Source of the DNA: Octopus vulgaris
Taxonomy: Eukaryota
Direction of reading: 5' to 3'
DNA length: 64,000 nucleotides
NCBI GenBank assembly: GCA_951406725.2
Contig: OX597825.1
Location: forward strand, 47,678,001-47,742,000
Numbering within the stretch: the first letter of the stretch is position 1; each line of letters opens with the position of its first letter. This document shows positions 55,361 through 64,000 of the stretch, piece by piece. The notes under the pieces were generated by a model. That model was given only the letters and a program-made list of their open reading frames with translations. It was not told where the DNA came from and searched no databases. Made by a program: the position numbers and the translations under genes.

Positions 55361-56194
55361 CTAGCAGTATAACCCAGCCTTGCCGGGATTAAGTTACGAT
55401 TATTAAGCTAATTAAGTTCCTTATTTCAAACCAAACTAAGTAATATCGACTCTCAACAAAACACTTTTTTACTCGGCGCAAAATAAAAACAAAACTCTTT
55501 CGCACCTAAAGTAATGTCTGTGAGACAGAGAGGCGGGGGAGAAAGATGAAGGATTTAAAATAAATAAATGATTTAAAATAAATGTATTGTAATTGTTGTG
55601 TGAGAAAGTATATATACTATGATTATAAAATATAGTGTCTTTCAAAAACATCCTGAATTTGAACGCTATATCTCGTGTTTAAGAAAAAACAAAACATTTT
55701 ACATTTTATTTTTCATGAACGTCGTCACTTACTCTCTCTCTCCCTCTCTCTATCTCTCACTTTGTCTTTCCCCTTTTTTTTGTTTAGACGCCGTGAAACT
55801 CTCCCACTTTTCTTTATCTTATTTTTTTTTTGTTAGTCGCCGTCAAAAAGCTATGGCTGAAAATAGATTTTTATAAACATCGTCACTTTCTCTCTCCCTC
55901 TCTCACTTTGTATTTCCCGTGAAACTCTCTGCCCCTCTTCCACTTTTCTTTCTTTTTTTGTTAGACGCCGTCAAAAAGCTATGGCTGATATTTTTATGGC
56001 TAAAAGCTATGGCTGAAAATAGAATTTTACCGCTATCTGCAGGTGCCTCGGGAAAAAAATAAGTTGACAAAACCCGGATAGGATGTTGACGAATGTCCTC
56101 CTAAAATTTGAGCGACATGCTTGCTAATTTGTGGATGTGCATAAACTACAATCACGTACACACACACACACATCTTGCCTTATATATATACAGA
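55361..56194 (-). mobile_element. non-autonomous Helitron with internal tandem repeats
   Basis: Minus-strand A|TCTGTATATATAT start at 56194 and hairpin cccggc/gctggg then CTAG|T end at 55361. Internal repeats of ttagacgccgtcaaaaagctatggctga. Confidence 0.65.
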
Positions 56195-56276
56195 TAACAG
56201 TCGCGCTCTCCTTTCGTTAACTTCTTGAAGAGTAGCTTCAGTCTTGAAATAATAATAATAATAATAATAGTAGTAT

Positions 56277-56324
<48 letters not shown>

Positions 56325-56329
<5 letters not shown>

Positions 56330-57262
56330 ATAAAATTTCAAGTTTTGGTACATCACCTGCATTTGTGGAGGGAGAGGTTAAGTTGGCGTGCAAATGATTC
56401 TGCTAATAATAATAATAATAATAATAACAATAATAATAATCCTTTCTACTATAGACACAGGGCCTGGAATTTGTTGTGAAGTGGGTAGTGAGTTACATCG
56501 ACCCCAGTGTTTCATCCAAAAGGATGAAAGGCAAAGTCGACCTCGGCGGAATTTGAATTCAGAACGTAAGGACTGTCGAAATATCGCTAAGCATTTCGCC
56601 CAGCGAACTAACGATTCTGCCAGCTAGTCGCTTTTAATAACAATAATAAATGTTTCAAATTTTGCCACAAGGGCAGCAATTTTTTGCGAGGGATGAGTCG
56701 ATCACATCGACCCCAGTGTTATTTTATCATTCACTAAAGGTTGAAAGATAAAGTCGACCGCAGTGGAATTTAAACTCAGAACGTAGCGACAGACGAAATA
56801 CCGCTAAGCATTTTGTCCAGGGCGCCAACGATTCTGCAAGCTCGCTGCCTTATTGATAATAATAATCCTTTCTATTATAGGTACAGGGCCAGAAATTTTT
56901 GGGGAGGTGACTAGTCGATTATATCGACTCCAGAATTTCATTGTACCTAATTTATCGACCCCGAAAGGCTGAAAGGCTAAGTCGACTTTGGCGGAATTTG
57001 AACTCAGATCCTAGTGAAAGACAAAATACCTATTTCTTTACTAACTACAAGGGGCTAAACACAGAGAGGACAAATAAGGACAGACAAACGGATTAAGTCG
57101 ATTACATCGACCCCAGTGCGTAACTGGTACTTAATTTATCGACCCCGAAAGGATGAAAGGCAAAGTCGCTCTCGGCGGAATTTGAACTCAGAACGTAACG
57201 GCTGACGAAATACGGCTGCGCATTTCGTCCGGCGTGCTAACGTTTCTGCCAGCTCGCCGCTT
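56325..57262 (-). mobile_element. cluster of 4-5 co-oriented Meta-like tRNA SINE copies separated by short (AAT)n
   Basis: Repeated atcgaccccagtg..aaaggatgaaaggcaaagtcgac..ggaatttgaactcagaacgta..ctgccagctcgcc. Confidence 0.85.
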
Positions 57263-57299
57263 TATCAATAATAGCAAGTCATTAAGAATGAAATGTCCG

Positions 57300-58020
57300 A
57301 ATTTGAACTGAAAGTTTATTTTATTTTATCTCTACAAAAAGCACCGCAATTAATCAAAGTATGTATTTAAATTATATCAACACAATTTTGCCATTTTCTC
57401 GGTAGCTTATTTATGCCGGCAGCGAAGAATTCTGGAAAGCAAGAAGTGATGAAATCAATCACGAAAAGCTGTTTTGACAGCTTCTTCAGATTAAGTTGTC
57501 TAATGACTGGAAAACGTGATAGTCAGATGGTGCAAGTGCTGGTGAATATAGTAGGTGACAGAGTACTTGCAAGTTCAGTTCCTGTAACTTGAGTAGCGTT
57601 CTTTGTGCAACATGTGGTCGAGTATTGTCTTGCCAGAGAATTGGCCTGTCTCTATTGACCAATCTCAGTTGTTTAATTGTAAGTTCACTCATCATTTCAG
57701 CCAATTGGTTGATGTATACATCCGCTGTAATTGACTTTATCAGGTCTCATAAAGCTATAGTGGGTGACACCAGCGCTGAACCACCAAACAGACACCATTA
57801 GTTTTTTTGGTGAATATTCTGTTTTGGATTGTGTTTTGGCACTTCATCTGGATCCGTGCAGAACGCTGGCTATTGTTGAAAAGAATCTATTTTTCGTCAC
57901 ACATAACAATACGATGCAAAAAGGGTTCGCTTTTATGCCGTGACAGCTAAGAACAGCAAATTTCTAGACGATACTTTATTTGCTGCTCGTTCAGTTCGTG
58001 TGGTACCCACTTGTCTAGCG
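57300..58020 (-). pseudogene. mariner transposase fragment
   Basis: WVPHELNE..FLHRIVMCDEK, QDNTRPHVA and YSPALAPSDYHVFQSLDN. Confidence 0.85.
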
Positions 58021-58099
58021 ATAATAAAATAAAATAAAATAAAAATAATGATGATTTCATTATCTACAAAGGGTTATTATATTCGATTGTTCTTTTATT

Positions 58100-58405
58100 G
58101 TTTACACGACTTACCATTTGGCGGGTGTTGGCAGCAAATAGAGCGCCTGACCAGTGGAACGCGTCCCTTCCACAGAAAGCGGAGAAGTAGGTGCTTCAGT
58201 TTGACCAGATTCGAACCAGGACAGGGCAAGACGGTGAAGCGGTAGTAGATGACGGATCTGATTTGCACATTCACCACCTCTGCCCGATCTTTCTGGGATA
58301 GCTTTCTCTCAGCCCATTTCTGGGTGGTTTTGGCCACCCTGCTCGCCACCTCGTCCCAGTTTTTCTCTACCTAGAGATCTGGATCGAACTAGACCCCAAG
58401 CAATT
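58100..58405 (-). pseudogene. Tx1/L1 LINE ORF2 post-RT fragment
   Basis: EKNWDEVASRV..WAERKLS..RAEVVN..SVIYYR.TVLPCP..LLRFLWKGRVPLVRRSICCQHP. Confidence 0.75.
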
Positions 58406-59879
58406 TAATACTGATGAATTGAATTCAGTTTAATATACCCTGGTACCAGATTATTTTTCTTAAAAATTAACGTGATCTTTTCATTAAATTTTCCATCTTC
58501 TAACAGAACATGGATTACATCATCGAACTATCATTTCTGTTGCTTCTATATGCAGCTCCAGCACAATGCAGATATTTGTCTTTAGGAAAGATATGATACC
58601 AACATTATAAGCTAACAAAATATTTATAAATTTTGGAATGCTCTTGATGCAACAGAGAAATACTGTCCCTTGTCATCATAACTATTTATATTTTAGTTAA
58701 ACAGTATCAACTGTAACATTCTTCTTATAGTCAAAATATACGCTCGCAGACACACACACACACACACACAAACAAACGCACGCACACGCGCACACATACA
58801 CATATATATATTACACAGCAATGTTCCTATATATCTACTAATCACTGAGCAGCGGGAACAGTAAAATTAAAAGTAAGCATTTGGTGGTCCAAGACTGCAA
58901 TAGGATTTCAGTTATAGGTTTACAACACATCGATATATTTTTGACTGCAATGCTCTTAGCAGAGGCACATATAAAAGAATAGTTCTCCTATAAACCTATA
59001 CTAAAAAAAATAAAATGTTAAATCTAAAATTGGCAATATTAACTCTTTGAAATTGTATCGTTATATTGTATGACGAAAATAATTTCAATAACAAACAGTT
59101 CTATTAGTTCAAACGAAAGCTACCCAGAGATCAAAACCTATCTGTATTCATGGTTTGTTCATGGACGATATGGTTGATGGGCATCCTAAACTCTCAAACC
59201 TACACTACTACTCTCAGCAGCTGAACTCAGTACAGAAATCTAACGAAACAATTTTACATTTTATTGTTCTGCTGCTGCTAAAAGACAGGATACCTAACCA
59301 ATAACATGTAGAATATCGGTAGACAGGGTTATTTCAGAATGAGTCCTAATGTAGTTTCTGCTGGTATGATGCGAACCTTTGGGCCCAGCTCTTGTAACCT
59401 ACCTTATCCAAACAAACATGCATGTCCATTCGTTGCAAAATATCATTAAATTCTATTTTGGTTGATGTCAAGTAGTTTTATTTGAAATTAGGTAAATGGT
59501 TTCTTTATTTAGTTATCTACCACCTTACATTGCCTCAAGGAAGGGTGTTCATCTAAAGGAGTTGTTAATTTTCTAGGTTCATTACTGCTTATTCGTTATA
59601 TAAACACATGTTTATATAACATGTCTAGCAGACTTAGAGAAAAACAACACCATCAGGAAAGTATTCTTTTTGATCCCACAACTTCCGGTATTGTTTGATA
59701 ATGTGGATTTAATCGAGAAAGAAGAGCTCTACAGACAACATAGCAACATTAGGCTGCTGTCTCCAGCTGTTTACTTCAACAAAAATATTGAACTATAAAC
59801 TAAACTTGCAAAGTTAAATCAACAATCGTCAGTAGTCAGAAGGATGAGAAAAGAGTTAGTTTAGAAAGAAAAGTTCCTA

Positions 59880-61900
59880 GTTCATATATGGGAATAACAC
59901 TTGAGGAATAACAAGAGATCAAATAAAGGTAAATTTTAAAGCATATTTCACCTTTAAAGATGAGGACATACCTCGGAAAAGCCATATTCTCTATTTTCAT
60001 GTTTTCCAGTCATTTCCTATTTTCTTCTACTTTTGGTGAATCTATGCCCAGGATGCGAATTCCATTTTAAACAATGTTCCTCCGCTCCACTCTTCAGCAT
60101 ATGGGAAATGTATGAGCATCATAGTTTTCTTTAAAAGCATATCATAGTTGTTGCGCTTGTTCAAACTTTAGCTCCAGTATTATTGTTTGTTATGTCAAAT
60201 AGTAATGGAATCTTTCAGATTCTATGTTGAACATCTATTAGATATCTGTCTTGTGCCGTGCCGCCTTATAAAGGCATTAGTATTGATTTCATAGTTATAA
60301 AATGAAAACGACCTAAAGGGCTTTCGGTCTTATAAGTGAAAGCTTAGCCTTTCAAAAGTAAAAGGGTATTACAGGCCATGTTACGTGAGTTCAGGTTGTT
60401 AACTAGGGTCACACGTTATAGGGCACGAGGTGTACAGGTCAACAGAGAATGAAACACCAATCGAAGTCTCAGCTTATCATCATCTTTTGAAATTTGGTTT
60501 GCTGACGAAACAGCAAGATTCTACGTAGAATCGCTATACCTACCAGAAGTAGACTACCATAGTATAACATCTAGTTTTACAAAAGCTATTCGGCCAATAT
60601 GACTCTGCTTGCTAATGATAAACTATTTCCTAAGCACTCATTCACACGATTCCGGAGTTCGATCAGATACAATTCCAATCCTCTATAAATACTAATGACC
60701 GATCCAAGACTAGTGACTTAGAGCCATCGAGTTGGTATCCTATTTTCACACACCCCAGTCATCGGACACCCAAGCAGGTTTAAATTCCACCAGTCTTGCA
60801 GCTGATGCAGAATGACTATAAAGTGGAGTAATTTGTACTTATCCTTACTTTTTTCTTTTGAATTCCAAAAGGGAGTCGACGATAGTTCGAAGATGAAATC
60901 CCTAAAATCCTCCAGAAAAAAAAGTGCTTATTGCTTTTAAGCGACTGTCCCGTTCCCTCTCATTCTCCCTTTCTTTATCTCTCTCTGTGATTTGTTGAAG
61001 AATCTTGCAATTTCTTTTCCAGATAATCAATGTATTTCTTCCGCGCCCTATTTTTAATGCTTTGTAGTTCATGCTTCATATTCACGTCGAAGAAATATGA
61101 ATTGAAGAACTCCCTCCTCTTTAAATTTGTTCGTCCCCACTTTTCATTTGCACTTGTTCTTAGTTCCAGTTCGTCTCAAACTATGTAAGACGATATCTGG
61201 ACCCTCTACTGACAGTGTGTTGATAGGAAAGCTCTTTCTAGAACTCATTGTCCCAACGATACTGTCACTAGTGCTGATGTTGATGATGACTCGATTTCAT
61301 TATTTTCTTCGGACATCTTTGGGCTCGGTGTTGCTTTTGTTGCAGCAGAAGCCATACTGTGTGTCCGAGGTCTTTTACCCTCCTCCCCCCCCCCCCACAA
61401 AAAAAAAGTCGAAAGCACCCAGATATTGCTGCTGCTGCTGCTATACATGTAGCATTTGTACTTTCTCTCTCGCATCATCAACCTGATCGATTTCGACGCT
61501 GAACGCTCATAGCATATACTTTCGGGATGATTTTATGACTACCAGTGTTAATATTTGGAGGTCCTTGTCAAGCCCAACAATGAATGCCTTTAGGTCACTC
61601 GTGCTTACACGACCCTGCATCACTTTCAGCCGTGGAGGTGACATACTCGCACATGTCACTGACCGCGACTTACACGTTTCTTCTCCAATATTCTAGGGCA
61701 CTAATTTATGATTGCTATAGTATCGTTAATCGCTTGCAGACTGTCATATCTTTCTCTTCTGTTTTCAGTACTTAATTTATTTATCCATACGCCTTGTCCC
61801 ATCGAATATAGCAGAACCTTGTAACATATTAGAAAAGGGCCGTTTCAAAATTTGCCTTCAGAGATACATTGAAACCATTTTTGTCCTTGTCTTTTTTTAA
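59880..61900 (-). mobile_element. very decayed Tx1-like LINE (ORF1 and APE remnants)
   Basis: Minus-strand RSLVFIEDWNC (GDWN-like APE motif) near 60690. ORF1-like remnants lie upstream. Confidence 0.3.
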
Positions 61901-62149
61901 TGTTTTTTTTACGATCTAGCTGTTCTGTTTCTCTGTTACTGGTTAATGTTGCTTAATATCATACTACTTGCAATGTTTTATTATTCATTTAATATTTTGT
62001 TATTATCTGTAATTCACAAAATCATAATATTACTCTTTATATTGTTTCAATCGTCTTTTTTCTGTTTTCTTTATTCGTTTAAACATCTCCAGGTTAATTT
62101 CTTTTAGCTGGACTTACGTTTTAACTTCTTTATTAATAAGATCACTAAC

Positions 62150-62495
62150 GCGGTGAGCTGGCAGAATCGTTATAATGCCGGTGTATAAGATGAGTACCAG
62201 TGGAATACTAAGGCCGATGTAATCGACTATACTCCTTTCCTAAAATTTCAGGCTTTGTATCTGTAGTAGAAAGGATTATTAATAAGATCATTATTTAAGG
62301 AAGCGAGCTGAATGCCAAAATGCTTAGCGGCAGTTTGTCCGTCTTTACGTTTTAAGTTCAAATTCCGCCGAAGTAGACTTTGCCTTTCATCCTTTTAAGG
62401 TCGATAAAGTAAATACCAGTTGAGCACTGAGGTCGATGCAATCGATTTATTCCTTCCCTCGAAACTGGTGGCCTTGTGCCAAAATTTGAAATCAT
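62150..62495 (+). mobile_element. two Meta-like tRNA SINE copies
   Basis: gcggtgagctggcagaatcgtt and gttcaaattccgccgaagtagactttgcctttcatcc..cttgtgccaaaatttgaa. Confidence 0.8.
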
Positions 62496-62644
62496 TATTA
62501 AATCACTATATCGAATTCTTCTCCTACTACAGTTGCTAATGTGGTAACAATTAGGGTTATCAAAATAAAATAAAAGAAAGGAAATCGGAATAAACAAATC
62601 ATCCACTGTATGAAATAAAAAAATTAAAGTTGAAAACTTACAAA

Positions 62645-62696
<52 letters not shown>

Positions 62697-64000
62697 GAAT
62701 ATTTCAGAGATGAATGCAATTTTTGAAATACAAAACTAGCAACAAATCTGAAACATGTTTGGTTTGTCAATCACCATTAATTCTAATTTCGGCCGCTGTG
62801 GCAGGCACTAAAGTCTATTACTCTCTCCGGTTTCCCGCTCGGCTCGAATATTTAACCGAAGTGCTACAGGAGGGCAGCTCACATCTATCTCCTAATTTTG
62901 GTTCATGATCATTTAAGTTCTATTCAATGTCTTGCAAACAGTTACTCGTCAGATAGTATTTACTCTCATTTTTTTTCATCAAAACGGCATAGGGAAACTC
63001 CTGTTTTTATTTTATTTTTGAAAATCAAAAGTACGTCTTCTTTACCCTATGTCACAAAACCTACCGCTGCCCATTGCTTTTCCTTTGTTTTGAGTTTGCT
63101 CAAGAAGGACCTGCATCGGAAAACTTTAAAACGTATATAAGAAATGTTCTGAATAATGTTATGTACAGAAATGTCACCGTTTTCTAATAATAAACTTAAC
63201 GTTCATAAAAATGTTTCCATCTGGTTCAGTATTTTCTGAGGAGGTAGGCAATATTACTCTTTGAAGAAGGCATTCTGTTTACAAATGAAGAAAATATCTT
63301 CTTCGCAAATTAAAAGCATTTTCTATTTTTAAAAAATGATATATACAATGGATAACCTTTCTCTGTAAAAAAAAATTCGCATTACATAGAACACTTTCAT
63401 TCTGTAAATCCAGGAATTTGGAGATCGAAATGTTTTTACGTCTGATGAAATAACACAAAGAACAACAACAGCAACATCATCGTTTTAGTTATTTAATTCT
63501 CACTTTTCGTCCCATTTAAAATCTGTTGTAGATTATTAAGAAGTTGGATTTCGGTTAAATATCTTATAAATAAGTTGTCTCTTAAATTTTTCGTTTATAC
63601 CTGAAAAGTCTCAAAGATTGTAACAAAAGTATAGAACTCGAAAAGTAAAATATATCACAATATTTCTGGAGAATTAGAACGGTCCTATTCGGTTGCATAA
63701 AAGGTTAAAAGTTACAATTTATCATTTGTTTTTGACACGACATAATTACTTTTCGCAAAATAAACTTTAAAACATTCTCAGCTAACACTGAGCTAATTCT
63801 TTCACAAGAACTAATATTTATAGTTTGACAATCTATAGGAAGAGAAATGAGAATTAATAGCTTTCTCAAAGGTATCAATGAACTAATGTGATTCGAAATT
63901 AAAGCTTGATTTCAGTTCAATTTCCTACAAAGATACAAGACATGGCTCTGTGGTTAAGGTGTTCGTGCTGCTATTTCGTAGTTTGGGGCTAAATCTTCAG

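Overview
AT-rich, microsatellite-saturated eukaryotic DNA. I infer a coleoid (octopus-type) genome from the SINE families. I found no host protein-coding exon, rRNA or genuine tRNA. The window is almost entirely transposable-element relics: a gypsy LTR 5' end, R4/Dong, Tx1, CR1 and RTE LINE fragments, Tc1/mariner elements, non-autonomous Helitrons, tRNA-derived SINEs and four Penelope-like element (PLE) coding relics. The most notable signals were read by eye. (1) About 12 type-I hammerhead-ribozyme motifs from about 7 sequence families occur, most inside small fold-back elements embedded in microsatellites, and include U3-A8 and U4C core variants. (2) A tRNA-headed (Pol III) SINE-like element carries a minimal hammerhead in its 3' part and shows Penelope-type inversions. 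(3) A decayed PLE at 52-55 kb has a Ulp1/SENP-like cysteine protease domain upstream of its RT and GIY-YIG domains. All family assignments come from motif recognition only, with no database searches.
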